Below, one piece after another: positions 38,981 through 49,389 of a stretch of DNA of 64,000 bases (positions are counted from its first letter, which is position 1; the number at the start of each line of letters is the position of its first letter). The notes below the pieces were generated by a model. It did no database searches. It had not been told where the DNA came from and saw nothing but the letters and a program-made list of their open reading frames with translations. A program made the position numbers and the translations under genes. This DNA is from a virus. The stretch is from the IMG/VR virus record IMGVR_UViG_3300031688_000009, positions 2,454-66,453 of that record, one strand, 5' to 3'.

Positions 38981-39658
38981 ATGAAAAAAACAGAAAAAAC
39001 ACTTTTAAAGGAAGAATTATCTAGATTCTTATCTATTGGAAAATATGTGGTAAACTTAAAGGAACAGGAAGAAGAGGATTTTGAATCTGATGAACCTGCG
39101 ATTGACGGTGGTGAGGAATTAGATATGGACGAACCAGTTATCGATGATATGGAGAGTACTGATGAATTGTCGGTTGATGGTATGGAAAGTGCTATTGAAG
39201 GTGGTGAGGAATTAGATATGGAAGAAGCTCCGTCTGAAGATACTGAAGAGGTTGATGTAACTGATTTGGTAAATGGTCAAAAAGAATTGGAGGGTAAATT
39301 TAAAGATACTGAGGATAAAATCGGACAGTCAATGGAAAAAGTTGATACGGTTTTTACTAAGTTAGATGATTTAGAGACTAAGATAGGTGAGTTGGATAAG
39401 TTATATGGGGCGATTGACACATTAGGTCAAAAGATAGACCAGTCTAAACCAAAAACACCGGAAGAGAAATTAGAATTACGTTCTTTAGATTCTTATCCAT
39501 TTAATCAAAAATTGACGGATTTCTTTGATGAGAAAGAGGTTGAAATGGAGGCGACAGGGAAAAATGAATATATATTAACTACTGACGATGTTTCAAATAT
39601 GTCGGATAAAGAAATTAAGGATTCTTTTGTGGTTAACAAAGATACGGATGGAGAATAA
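38981..39658 (+). CDS. Acidic coiled-coil protein (scaffold or internal head protein-like)
   Basis: LLKEELSRF leader, D/E-rich linker, coiled coil, KTPEEKLELRSLDSYPFNQKL. Confidence 0.6.
   Translation: MKKTEKTLLKEELSRFLSIGKYVVNLKEQEEEDFESDEPAIDGGEELDMDEPVIDDMESTDELSVDGMESAIEGGEELDMEEAPSEDTEEVDVTDLVNGQKELEGKFKDTEDKIGQSMEKVDTVFTKLDDLETKIGELDKLYGAIDTLGQKIDQSKPKTPEEKLELRSLDSYPFNQKLTDFFDEKEVEMEATGKNEYILTTDDVSNMSDKEIKDSFVVNKDTDGE
39107..39222 (+). repeat. 23-bp exact direct repeat GGTGGTGAGGAATTAGATATGGA, 93 bp apart
   Basis: Copies at 39107-39129 and 39200-39222, encoding GGEELDM. Confidence 0.9.
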
Positions 39659-39659
39659 T

Positions 39660-40202
39660 ATGAAAAAAATTAGACTAACGGAAAAAGATTTGCAGTTGAT
39701 GGTTGAAACGGCTATCAAACAACAGAAAAGTAAGTTATCTAAGTATGAGTCTGTTGATGATATTGCGGATTGGTCTAGAACCATATCGATAGTATCTGGA
39801 GACGATTTTAAATACTTAAATTCGAGTAGGTTTAGAGTTGCGTCCGACAGTGATAATGAGTACTTAGCTCATTGGGACCACAAATTACAGAAAGGATTTT
39901 TTGATGAGATGAGTTTAATCCCTACGGATGTATTAGACTCGTTAGGTATTGTTTCGGATGATAAGGACTATGAATATATTTCAGGTCTTAATGACGTCCA
40001 ACTTTCAGAAGGAGAGGGTGGAGATACCAAGAATAGTAAGATACCTTTATGTGTTAGAGGTAAAGCAGCTGCTAAGGCGAAATTTGATACTTACCCGTCG
40101 TCATACTCTAATGGATTTGCGGTACAAGTTTGTTCAGGAAAATCTAAGGGATTGGATGGAGTGAAGAAATGTTCGGGTAGATTCTGTAAAGGGAAGAAAT
40201 AA
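39660..40202 (+). CDS. Hypothetical protein with leader and basic Cys-containing C-terminal module
   Basis: Start MKKIRLTEKDL at 39660; C-terminal LCVRGKAAAKAKFDTYPSSYSNGFAVQVC. Confidence 0.65.
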   Translation: MKKIRLTEKDLQLMVETAIKQQKSKLSKYESVDDIADWSRTISIVSGDDFKYLNSSRFRVASDSDNEYLAHWDHKLQKGFFDEMSLIPTDVLDSLGIVSDDKDYEYISGLNDVQLSEGEGGDTKNSKIPLCVRGKAAAKAKFDTYPSSYSNGFAVQVCSGKSKGLDGVKKCSGRFCKGKK

Positions 40203-40226
40203 AACAAAAGACTTTATTAACTATAT

Positions 40227-40259
40227 AAAAAGGATTATCATTTGGTAAACCTTTTTTTT
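40227..40259 (+). terminator. Intrinsic terminator abutting the next start codon
   Basis: AAAAAGG-A-TTATCA-TT-TGGTAA-A-CCTTTTTTTT; the T tract ends at ATG 40260. Confidence 0.55.
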
Positions 40260-40805
40260 ATGTCATTTTATTACCGTTACGGACAACTTGAAACCACCCA
40301 CCCATGGGATAGACCGACGTGGGAAAAATTCTACCAATGGTGGGATGAAATGAAGACGATGGACGGTCTTGAGGATTATGAGTTATATGTTGTTGGTGGT
40401 ATGTTACATGACCCTGAGACTACGTGGGATGTTGACGTATTAATAACTGGTAGACCTAAAGACTTAGATGTCTTAGGGGAAATCATCACTAGAGGTCGAG
40501 ACTTAGCGATTAATAAGTATCACATATTTGTTGATTTATTTTGGTACTCTAGTATTGAATTTTGTTATGAGGAGGTGATTGAGGAGAACGTTAAGTTCTA
40601 CATAAGAGGTACGATATGTGGGGATGAAGTGAAAATGAGGGACGGAGTTATCCTCATTGAGGATATTATCGGTGTCGATAAAAAAATGGAGGGAAATCTT
40701 AAATTCCCTGTGGATTTCCAAGTCGGAGTACAACCAAACGAAAAACAAATACATAAGGGGTTGAACCGTAATTGGCAACCACCAATTCTACTGAAAAGAG
40801 AATAA
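40260..40805 (+). CDS. Pol-beta-superfamily (minimal) nucleotidyltransferase
   Basis: LYVVGG-x9-DVDVLI with a distal third acid in FVDLF. Confidence 0.65.
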   Translation: MSFYYRYGQLETTHPWDRPTWEKFYQWWDEMKTMDGLEDYELYVVGGMLHDPETTWDVDVLITGRPKDLDVLGEIITRGRDLAINKYHIFVDLFWYSSIEFCYEEVIEENVKFYIRGTICGDEVKMRDGVILIEDIIGVDKKMEGNLKFPVDFQVGVQPNEKQIHKGLNRNWQPPILLKRE

Positions 40806-40821
40806 AACTCAAAATATTTTA

Positions 40822-40852
40822 GTTGACTTTCAATGAATTTTGATTACCTTTG
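40822..40852 (+). promoter_or_regulatory. Bacteroidota-type promoter GTTG-N19-TACCTTTG for the replication operon
   Basis: Exact -7 element, and TTG at the -33 position with a 19-nt spacer. Confidence 0.7.
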
Positions 40853-40928
40853 TATAGGGTTAAATAACCAAACAAGGGAAACAAGGTTCAATAACCGAAC
40901 AATAATTTAATAACTAAAAACAGTAAAA

Positions 40929-41810
40929 ATGTCAAACATTCTAGACGCAGTATTGCAACAGTATGAGTCGAATAAAATCGACACATCGTCTTCATCGGGT
41001 AAGATGTCACAAGACGAAAGATTAAAAAAGTATTTCACCACTATCTTACAAAATGGTGAGAGAGAAGGTCAGAAACGTATTCGTATTCTACCTACAAATG
41101 ACGGAACTTCACCATTCAAAGAAGTATGGTTCCACGAAGTTCAAGTCGGAGGACGTTGGATGAAAATCTACGACCCGGGAAAAAACAAAGGAGAACGTTC
41201 ACCTCTTAATGAGGTTAACGAGGCGTTGATGATGACAGGTACAGAGCAAGATAAGGTTTTGGCTCGTCAATATAAACCAAAAAAATTCTATATCGTTAAG
41301 GTTATCGACCAAGATAAAATTGCGGATGGGGTTAAGTTTTGGAGATTCAAACACAACTATAAAGGTGATGGTATTTTAGATAAAATCATTCCAATTTGGA
41401 AGAATAAAGGTGATGTTACGGACGCTGAGAAGGGACGTGATTTAATTTTATCATTATCGTTGGTGAAAGCACCAAACGGAAAAGAATATACTAACGTATC
41501 GTCTATCATGTATGATGACCCTACACCGATATCTGAGGATACGGACACAATGGAGACATTCTTAAAGGATGAGATGACATGGGAAAACGTTTACTCTAAA
41601 AAACCTGAAGAATATTTAGACGCTATTGCTCAAGGGCATGAACCACGTTGGAGTTCTGAGGTTGGTAAATATGTTTACGGTGATGGTTCACAAACTATCG
41701 AAATTTCAGGGGGAACGTCTACGACTAAAGCCGTTGAAATTGCTCCAATCGCGGCGACTATTGTTGACACACAGGCGGGTGCAGCAGTGAATGAGGACTT
41801 ACCGTTCTAA
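40929..41810 (+). CDS. ssb: Single-stranded DNA-binding protein, gp32-like
   Basis: RIRILP, PF.EVWFH, GVKFWRF, D..KGRDL and acidic EDLPF C-terminal tip; precedes the recombinase. Confidence 0.8.
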   Translation: MSNILDAVLQQYESNKIDTSSSSGKMSQDERLKKYFTTILQNGEREGQKRIRILPTNDGTSPFKEVWFHEVQVGGRWMKIYDPGKNKGERSPLNEVNEALMMTGTEQDKVLARQYKPKKFYIVKVIDQDKIADGVKFWRFKHNYKGDGILDKIIPIWKNKGDVTDAEKGRDLILSLSLVKAPNGKEYTNVSSIMYDDPTPISEDTDTMETFLKDEMTWENVYSKKPEEYLDAIAQGHEPRWSSEVGKYVYGDGSQTIEISGGTSTTKAVEIAPIAATIVDTQAGAAVNEDLPF

Positions 41811-41822
41811 TAAAAACAATAT

Positions 41823-41856
41823 GATGGTAACGACACAAATGTCGTTACCATCTTTT
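41823..41856 (+). terminator. 13-bp stem-loop (terminator or attenuator) between SSB and recombinase
   Basis: GATGGTAACGACA-CAAA-TGTCGTTACCATC-TTTT. Confidence 0.75.
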
Positions 41857-41868
41857 ATATAACAAAAC

Positions 41869-42858
41869 ATGGCAATTAAGAAAAAAGACTTTAACACTAT
41901 TAAGGCTAAGTTTTCTAAACAAGCTAAATTCAAGGCAGATAAATTCTACGATTTGGGTAAGGCGTTTTTAGATGCTACGGGTTTACCGGGACCGGCGATG
42001 GGACATATTAATATGTTCTTAGGACATTCGGATACGGGTAAAACCACGGCGTTAGTAAAAAGTGCGGTAGACGCACAAAAGAAGGGGATATTACCAGTAT
42101 TCATTATTACCGAACAGAAATGGGATTTTCCACACGCGAGATTGATGGGGTTAGAAGTTGAAGAGGTGGTCGATGAAGAAACGGGTGAGATTGAATTTGA
42201 CGGGTTTTTCCTATTCAATAATCACTTTGAATATATTGAACAAATCACTGACTATATAAACGAATTGTTGGACGCACAGGAAAAAGGTGAATTGGACTAT
42301 GATTTATTATTTCTATGGGATTCCGTGGGGTCCATACCGTGTAAGATGACGTGGGATGGTAAAGGAGGTAAACAACATAACGCCTCGACATTGGCTGATA
42401 AGATAGGTATGGGTATTAATCAAAGGATTTCAGGTTCTAGACGAACAGACAAACCACATACCAACACACTATTAGTGGTAAATCAACCGTGGGTTGAGTT
42501 ACCTGATAACCCATTTGGACAACCTAAGATTAAGGCTAAGGGTGGGGAATCACTGTGGTTAAATTCAACATTAGTATTCTTATTTGGTAATCAAAAGAAC
42601 GCGGGAATAACAAAGATTTCAGCGGTTAAGAATAAAAGGAAGATTAAATTCGCTACGAGAACTAAGGTATCTATAATGAAAAATCACGTAAACGGATTAG
42701 GTTACGAAGATGGTAAGATTATGGTCACACCTCATGGGTTCTTAGCGGGTAAAGATGCTGCAGAGGAAAAGAAATCGGTTGAAAAATACAAAGAAGAGAA
42801 TTCAGAATTTTGGAAAACACAATTAGGTGTTGACGGAGATTTCGGGTTTGATTTTTAG
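41869..42858 (+). CDS. recA: RecA/UvsX-like recombinase
   Basis: GHSDTGKTT Walker A, FLWDSVGS Walker B, VVNQ, KGG. Confidence 0.85.
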   Translation: MAIKKKDFNTIKAKFSKQAKFKADKFYDLGKAFLDATGLPGPAMGHINMFLGHSDTGKTTALVKSAVDAQKKGILPVFIITEQKWDFPHARLMGLEVEEVVDEETGEIEFDGFFLFNNHFEYIEQITDYINELLDAQEKGELDYDLLFLWDSVGSIPCKMTWDGKGGKQHNASTLADKIGMGINQRISGSRRTDKPHTNTLLVVNQPWVELPDNPFGQPKIKAKGGESLWLNSTLVFLFGNQKNAGITKISAVKNKRKIKFATRTKVSIMKNHVNGLGYEDGKIMVTPHGFLAGKDAAEEKKSVEKYKEENSEFWKTQLGVDGDFGFDF

Positions 42859-42900
42859 TAACAAACAAAAAAAGAAGTTGAACGTATATAGTGAGAATAC

Positions 42901-43926
42901 ATGAAAAATACATTAATTGTCGATGGAGACAATTTATTTAGAATTGGATTTTACGGAGTTAAGAACTTTTACTCAAAAGGACAACACGTAGGTGCTATAT
43001 ATCACTTTTTAAATACACTTAAGAGACATCTTCAGACCTATAACTACAACAAGATTGTTGTGTTTTGGGATGGGTCTGAAAATTCCTCTTTCAGAAGGAA
43101 ACTATTTCTTCACTACAAAGATAATCGTAATTCAAGAAATTTAACGGAAGAACAACAAGAATCATTCACGACGCAAAGGAATCGGGTTAAACAATACTTA
43201 GAAGAGTTATTTGTTAGGCACGCGGAGTTCCAACTATGTGAGGCTGATGATGCGGTTGCATTCTATTGTCAAAATTCGGAAGGAGAAAAGAAGGTAATAT
43301 TCTCTTCGGATAAAGACTTAACCCAACTTATAAGTAATGAGGTGAGTATCTATTCGCCAAGTAATTCCTATATGTATGAGAAGGGAGATAAAATCGTTTT
43401 AAATAAAATTGATTTCCCATCATATAATGTTGCTCTCACTAAAATCTTCGTCGGAGATAAGAGTGATAATATCGACGGGATACATTATTTAGGTGAAAAA
43501 ACCTTTGTAACTTTATTTCCTGAGGTTTTGGAGAGAGAGTTAACGGTTGAGGAGATTATGGAAATGGCGGAAACCAAATTTAAGGAGGATAATAAGAATC
43601 GATTATTAGCTAACATATTAACGGGGAAGACTAAGAGAGGTGTATTTGGAGAAGAATTTACAGTAATAAATAAACAAATCGTGGATTTAACCGTACCTTT
43701 GTTGACTGATGATGCAAAAAATGATATCATTGAGTTAATAGAACAACCTATGGACCCGAGTGGTCGTGGGTGGCAAAATCTAATTAAAATGATGCATGAA
43801 GATGGGTTATTTCAATTTTTACCAAGAAAAGATGACGGATGGACGGAGTTCTTCACTCCATTTCTGAAGTTAGCGAGAAACGAAAAACAAAAATTTAGTA
43901 ATACAAACAAAAGAAGAAGAAAATGA
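42901..43926 (+). CDS. 5'-3' exonuclease / flap endonuclease (T4 RNase H-like)
   Basis: LIVDGDN, VFWDG, YKDNR, EADD, SSDKDLTQL, GDKSDNIDG. Confidence 0.92.
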   Translation: MKNTLIVDGDNLFRIGFYGVKNFYSKGQHVGAIYHFLNTLKRHLQTYNYNKIVVFWDGSENSSFRRKLFLHYKDNRNSRNLTEEQQESFTTQRNRVKQYLEELFVRHAEFQLCEADDAVAFYCQNSEGEKKVIFSSDKDLTQLISNEVSIYSPSNSYMYEKGDKIVLNKIDFPSYNVALTKIFVGDKSDNIDGIHYLGEKTFVTLFPEVLERELTVEEIMEMAETKFKEDNKNRLLANILTGKTKRGVFGEEFTVINKQIVDLTVPLLTDDAKNDIIELIEQPMDPSGRGWQNLIKMMHEDGLFQFLPRKDDGWTEFFTPFLKLARNEKQKFSNTNKRRRK

Positions 43927-44372
43927 AACAAACAAAAGACGACAATTCAACAAAGTTTGAATTCCTACTGAGATTAAATGATAATATTGTATGTCAAAGG
44001 TATTTTAATGTGAAGGGTCACAACCCTAAAATGATTAAATCTTTGGATTTACATGAAGAATTGGCTAGCGTTGTTGGGGAAATCCAACTCCAATTAATTG
44101 AGAAAACTCATAATTATATGTCAGAAAATGTCTCACAATATTATAGTGGACGTGAAGATGAGGGTGAGATTGGGAATACGGATTTTTTCACTATTACGAT
44201 ACTTAAAGACGAAAAAACTTTAATTACTCGTTATTTTGAAGCTCACATCTACCCACCTAAGGTTAGATTTACGGTGGACATTAGACCGTCGTTGAGAAGA
44301 ATTTTAAAAGGATTCACTGACGTATTGTCAGGTAGAAATCCTACTACAAACTACTTAACTCAAGCTCTTTAA
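43923..44372 (+). CDS. Hypothetical protein in the replication operon
   Basis: 149 aa; NIVCQRYFNV, YPPKVRFTVDIR; overlaps the exonuclease stop. Confidence 0.7.
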   Translation: MKQTKDDNSTKFEFLLRLNDNIVCQRYFNVKGHNPKMIKSLDLHEELASVVGEIQLQLIEKTHNYMSENVSQYYSGREDEGEIGNTDFFTITILKDEKTLITRYFEAHIYPPKVRFTVDIRPSLRRILKGFTDVLSGRNPTTNYLTQAL

Positions 44373-44414
44373 TAGTATTTATTTCTTACAGGCAAGTAAA
44401 ACAAAAACATAATT

Positions 44415-45797
44415 ATGAAGGATAAAAATTTCGGGTACCTAGGACATACATTCCAGATATCATTGTTGAATCTCTTAGTTGAAGATAAGAGATTTGCGAC
44501 GACAATTATCGATGTAGTTGACCCAAGGTACTTTGATAATCAGTATTTTAAGTTAGTTGCTCAGATGATTAAAGAGTACCATAAAAAGTACGAAACATCC
44601 CCATCATATGAGGCTTTAGAACAAATAGCTAGATTAGAGGTAACACAGGAAATGGCTCAAAGAAATATCATGGATATGATAATTCAGATTAAGTCACATG
44701 AGGTATTAGATACTCTATTCACACAAGAAAAGGCTACTAAGTTCTGTAAGCAACAAGAGTTGGGTAAGGCAATGGTCAAGGTTAAAGAAATCATGGATAA
44801 AGGTGATTTTGAAAACTACGAGAAGGCGGAACAATACATTAGAGAGGCGTTACAGGTAGGTGAAAAGGATTTAGGGACACAGGATGTTTTTGACCATTTG
44901 GCTACCGTATTAGAAGATGACTACCGTCACCCAATTCCAATGGGGATTGACGGAATCGATAACTTACTGAATGGTGGGTTAGCGAAGGGAGAGTTAGGGG
45001 TAATACTAGCACCTACAGGTGTTGGTAAGACAACGGTACTAACTAAAATTGCGAATACCGCATATAATTTAGGGTATAATGTTCTTCAGATATTTTTCGA
45101 AGATAATCCTAAAATTATACAACGTAAACATTTCACGCTTTGGACTGGGATTGCTCCTAGGGATTTGTCAGAACAAAGAGATGTTGTATTTGACAAAGTG
45201 AATGAGATTAAGGCTCAGAACAAAGGAAGGTTAATTTTAAAGAAACTTCCGTCGGATACGTTAACAATCCACCAAATTAAAAACCAGGTCCGAAAGATAA
45301 TTGCAGAGGGAACAAAAATCGATTTGATTGTGTTTGACTACATTGATTGTGTCGCACCTGAGAAATCATTTAGTGGTGACGAATGGAAAAGTGAAGGGTC
45401 GGTGATGAGACAATTCGAGGCTATGTGTTACGAATTTGATATTGCTGCGTGGACTGCGACTCAAGGTAACCGAGCGTCTATTTCGTCTGAAGTGGTAACT
45501 ATTGACCAAATGGGTGGTTCTATTAAGAAAGCACAAATTGGTCACGTAATCATATCGATAGCGAAGTCATTACAACAAAAAGAATTGGGATTAGCTACCA
45601 TCGCAATTACCAAAAGTAGATTAGGACAGGATGGTATTGTCTTTGAGAATTGTAAGTTCGATAATGAATTAATCGATATCAGTACTGAACAGACGAATAC
45701 GTTCTTAGGGTTCGAAGAAAACAAAGAAGAAAAACGTAGGGATAGAGTAATCCAAGCGTTAGAACGAAGAAAACAAACATTAGATAATAAAGTATAA
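44415..45797 (+). CDS. dnaB: Replicative DnaB-like helicase (gp41-like)
   Basis: [40 protein letters not shown]. Confidence 0.9.
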   Translation: MKDKNFGYLGHTFQISLLNLLVEDKRFATTIIDVVDPRYFDNQYFKLVAQMIKEYHKKYETSPSYEALEQIARLEVTQEMAQRNIMDMIIQIKSHEVLDTLFTQEKATKFCKQQELGKAMVKVKEIMDKGDFENYEKAEQYIREALQVGEKDLGTQDVFDHLATVLEDDYRHPIPMGIDGIDNLLNGGLAKGELGVILAPTGVGKTTVLTKIANTAYNLGYNVLQIFFEDNPKIIQRKHFTLWTGIAPRDLSEQRDVVFDKVNEIKAQNKGRLILKKLPSDTLTIHQIKNQVRKIIAEGTKIDLIVFDYIDCVAPEKSFSGDEWKSEGSVMRQFEAMCYEFDIAAWTATQGNRASISSEVVTIDQMGGSIKKAQIGHVIISIAKSLQQKELGLATIAITKSRLGQDGIVFENCKFDNELIDISTEQTNTFLGFEENKEEKRRDRVIQALERRKQTLDNKV

Positions 45798-45814
45798 AAA
45801 ACATTAAAATTATT

Positions 45815-46798
45815 ATGGAGAACAACATAGAGCCAATATTAGAGGAGAATAAAAGTCGTTTCGTACTATTTCCGATAGAGCATCACGACATATGGGATTG
45901 GTATAAAAATGCGGAGTCGTCGTTTTGGACGGCAGAGGAGATAGATTTATCTGCGGACCTGAATGACTGGGACGGGTTAAATGATGGGGAACAACATTTT
46001 GTTAAAAATGTATTGGCGTTTTTCGCCGCGTCGGATGGGATTGTAAATGAAAATTTAGCGGAGAACTTCGTTAGTGAGGTACAATATACTGAGGCGAAAT
46101 TCTTTTACGGATTTCAAATTATGATGGAGAATATCCATTCAGAGACATACTCATTGTTAATCGATACGTATATCAAAGACAAAGAAGAGCAAAACAAACT
46201 ATTCAATGCTATTGATACGATACCGGCGGTTAAGAAAAAGGCCGAATGGGCACTTAAATGGATTGAATCTCCGTCATTCGCGGAGAGATTAGTTGCGTTT
46301 GCTGCGGTAGAAGGGATTTTCTTTTCAGGGTCATTTTGTTCGATTTTTTGGTTAAAGAAGAGAGGATTGATGCCAGGTTTAAGTTTCTCGAATGAACTTA
46401 TTTCTCGTGATGAGGCATTACATTGTGATTTTGCGGTTCACCTACATAACGAACATTTAATTAACAAAGTTCCGACTGAGAGAATTAGAGAGATTTTACT
46501 TTCAGCGTTAGAGATAGAAAAAGAATTCATTTTAGAGTCGTTACCCGTATCGTTAATCGGTATGAACTCAGACTTAATGAGACAATATTTAGAGTACGTA
46601 ACGGACGGTCTGTTAGTATCATTAAAATGTGGAAAAGAATTTGGGGTGGAAAACCCATTTGATTTTATGCAGAACATCGCATTACAGAATAAGACTAATT
46701 TCTTTGAGAAGAGAGTGGCGGAATATTCTAAGAGTGGTGTTGGAGATAAAGAAAGTAGTTCATTGGTAGACCCATTTGCGTTTGACGGGGATTTTTAA
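45815..46798 (+). CDS. nrdB: Ribonucleotide reductase class Ia beta subunit
   Basis: [47 protein letters not shown]. Confidence 0.97.
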   Translation: MENNIEPILEENKSRFVLFPIEHHDIWDWYKNAESSFWTAEEIDLSADLNDWDGLNDGEQHFVKNVLAFFAASDGIVNENLAENFVSEVQYTEAKFFYGFQIMMENIHSETYSLLIDTYIKDKEEQNKLFNAIDTIPAVKKKAEWALKWIESPSFAERLVAFAAVEGIFFSGSFCSIFWLKKRGLMPGLSFSNELISRDEALHCDFAVHLHNEHLINKVPTERIREILLSALEIEKEFILESLPVSLIGMNSDLMRQYLEYVTDGLLVSLKCGKEFGVENPFDFMQNIALQNKTNFFEKRVAEYSKSGVGDKESSSLVDPFAFDGDF

Positions 46799-46806
46799 AA
46801 AAAGAT

Positions 46807-49278
46807 ATGAGTAATATGAAAGTAATAAAGAGAGATGGTTCTACGGACACAGTTCGTTTAGATAAAATCACACTAAGAATAAAAAAACAAACATATGGGT
46901 TAAATATGGATTATGTTGATTACAACGCAGTAGCGATTAAAGTAATCACGGGTCTATATGACGGGGTAACTACGGATGAGTTAGACAACTTAGCCTCAGA
47001 GACTGCGGCTTCGATGACTACCATTCACCCTGACTATTCAATATTGGCGGCTCGTTTATCGATAACGGCATTGTATAAGAACATTGATAAAAATTTTACG
47101 TCGGTCGCGAAAACATTATATACGTATGTGGAACCTAAGACAGGTTTACAGGCGGGTATGATTTCAGATGGGACGTATTCGGTAATTGAAAAACATGGTG
47201 ATGAACTGAACAAGATGATTGTTCACGACCGTGACTTTAATTTTGATTATTTCGGGTTTAAAACTTTAGAGAAGTCTTACCTATTAAAAGTTAACGGTAA
47301 CGTTGCTGAGACACCACAACACCTATATATGAGAGTTGCGGTGGGTATATGGGGTGATAATTTAGTTGAGGTTGAAAGAACGTATAATATGTTATCAACG
47401 GGAGTTATGACACACGCAACCCCAACACTATTTAATGCTGGTACTAAAAGACCTCAATTATCGTCATGTTTCCTGTTGGATGTTGACGAAGATTCTATTA
47501 GAGGAATTTATAAAACATTGGCTGACTGTGCTGCGATTTCACAATCTGCTGGTGGTATAGGAATTAACATTCATAAGATACGAGCTAAAGGGGCGTACAT
47601 AAAGGGTACTAACGGTACGTCTAATGGTATTGTTCCAATGTTAAAAGTCTTTAACGAGACTGCTCGTTATGTGGACCAAGGTGGTGGTAAGAGAAAAGGG
47701 TCGATTGCGGTTTATATTGAACCATGGCATGCCGACATCTTTGACTTCTTAGAGTTAAGAAAGAATCACGGTAAAGAAGAGATGAGAGCGAGGGATTTAT
47801 TCTTAGCAATGTGGACTGCGGATTTATTTATGAAGAGAGTTTCGGAAAATGGTAAGTGGACACTCTTCTCGCCTGACGAAGTTCCCGGATTGATAGACGC
47901 ATATGACGACGGTGAAGATAAGAAATTCACCCTTTTATATGAGCAATATGAGTCGGAAGGTAAAGGTAGAACGATAATGGCCCGAGAGTTATGGGCTAAG
48001 ATAATAGAGTCTCAGATTGAGACAGGAACGCCTTATATGTTATATAAGGACGCCGCGAATGCTAAGTCAAACCAAAAGAACTTGGGAACTATCAAGTCGT
48101 CAAACTTATGTACTGAAATATTGGAATATACCGATAAAGATGAAACTGCGGTTTGTAATTTAGCCTCGATAGCACTACCAAAAATGGTTGAAATACCTAC
48201 GGGTAAGGTTCGTTCACAAAACAAAGAGTTAAGAACGTTTGATTTTGATATGTTATATGAGGTTGCGTATAGGACCACTATTAACCTTAACCAAGTGATT
48301 GATATTAATTATTACCCAACACCTGAGACTAAGAAGTCTAACTTTAGACACCGTCCAATAGGTATAGGTATTCAAGGGTTAGCTGACGTATTTGCAATGT
48401 TAGGGTTACCGTTCGAATCTGAGGGGGCGAGTCAACTAAATAAAGAAATATTTGAAACAATATACTTTGCTGGTGTGGTAGCATCCAATGATATGGCAAA
48501 AAAACACGGACATTACGAGACCTTTAGAGGTTCTCCGATGTCTGAAGGTAAATTTCAGTTTGATATGTGGGGTGTTTCGGCAGACCAACTATCAGGACGA
48601 TGGGATTGGGAAACACTAAGAGGTGAAGTAGTGGAACACGGGGTTAGAAACTCATTATTATTAGCCCCAATGCCGACGGCATCTACTGCTCAGATATTGG
48701 GTAATAACGAATGTTTTGAACCATTTACCGCTAATATATATAAGAGAAATACTTTGTCTGGTGAGTTTGTAATAATTAATAAGCACTTAATCCAAGATTT
48801 AGTTGCTTTGGGTGTGTGGAATGAAAATGTTAGATTACAGATGTTTGCGGGTAACGGTTCGGTACAACACATTAATGAAATACCTCAAGAGGTTAAGGAT
48901 AGATATAAGACGGTATGGGAATTATCCCAAAGAGGACTTATTGATATGGCGGCTGATAGGGGGATATTTATTGACCAATCACAATCAATGAATTTATTTA
49001 TGGAGGATGTAAACGCGGCTAAGTTGACTGCGGCTCATATGCATGGATGGAAAAAGGGATTAAAGACGGGTATGTATTACCTTAGAACAAGGCCAAAAAC
49101 AGAAGCACTTAAAGGGTTAGGTATCGATATGACTAAAATCAAAGAGATTCCAAAGGAAGAGGTAAAGATTGTGTCGGCACTGCCGGAGCAAATTACGATT
49201 AAAACTGATGAACAATTATTAAAGGATATGGTGTGTTCACTGGATAATCCTGATGATTGTGAGGCTTGTGGGTCATAA
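46807..49278 (+). CDS. nrdA: Ribonucleotide reductase class Ia alpha subunit with ATP cone
   Basis: VIKRDG ATP cone, [36 protein letters not shown] and C-terminal CEACGS. Confidence 0.97.
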   Translation: MSNMKVIKRDGSTDTVRLDKITLRIKKQTYGLNMDYVDYNAVAIKVITGLYDGVTTDELDNLASETAASMTTIHPDYSILAARLSITALYKNIDKNFTSVAKTLYTYVEPKTGLQAGMISDGTYSVIEKHGDELNKMIVHDRDFNFDYFGFKTLEKSYLLKVNGNVAETPQHLYMRVAVGIWGDNLVEVERTYNMLSTGVMTHATPTLFNAGTKRPQLSSCFLLDVDEDSIRGIYKTLADCAAISQSAGGIGINIHKIRAKGAYIKGTNGTSNGIVPMLKVFNETARYVDQGGGKRKGSIAVYIEPWHADIFDFLELRKNHGKEEMRARDLFLAMWTADLFMKRVSENGKWTLFSPDEVPGLIDAYDDGEDKKFTLLYEQYESEGKGRTIMARELWAKIIESQIETGTPYMLYKDAANAKSNQKNLGTIKSSNLCTEILEYTDKDETAVCNLASIALPKMVEIPTGKVRSQNKELRTFDFDMLYEVAYRTTINLNQVIDINYYPTPETKKSNFRHRPIGIGIQGLADVFAMLGLPFESEGASQLNKEIFETIYFAGVVASNDMAKKHGHYETFRGSPMSEGKFQFDMWGVSADQLSGRWDWETLRGEVVEHGVRNSLLLAPMPTASTAQILGNNECFEPFTANIYKRNTLSGEFVIINKHLIQDLVALGVWNENVRLQMFAGNGSVQHINEIPQEVKDRYKTVWELSQRGLIDMAADRGIFIDQSQSMNLFMEDVNAAKLTAAHMHGWKKGLKTGMYYLRTRPKTEALKGLGIDMTKIKEIPKEEVKIVSALPEQITIKTDEQLLKDMVCSLDNPDDCEACGS

Positions 49279-49297
49279 AATGATAATAATATAATGT

Positions 49298-49326
49298 AAG
49301 GGGATGTGAAAACATTCCCTTTTTTT
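49298..49326 (+). terminator. Intrinsic terminator after nrdA
   Basis: AAGGGGATGT-GAAA-ACATTCCCTT plus T tract (GNRA loop). Confidence 0.88.
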
Positions 49327-49389
49327 ATTAAAACTATTTAAAAACCTAAAAAAAGAGTTAGTTTAATATTTATATAGAAACAGTAAATA

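Noticed and set aside
39107-39222. Direct repeat as a DGR template/variable pair or attachment site
   Set aside because: An in-frame duplication within an acidic linker; no reverse transcriptase or integrase in the window.
10540-49278. Inteins or introns in polymerase, helicases or RNR
   Set aside because: Lengths and motif order are normal; no intein terminal motifs or homing endonuclease inserts were seen.
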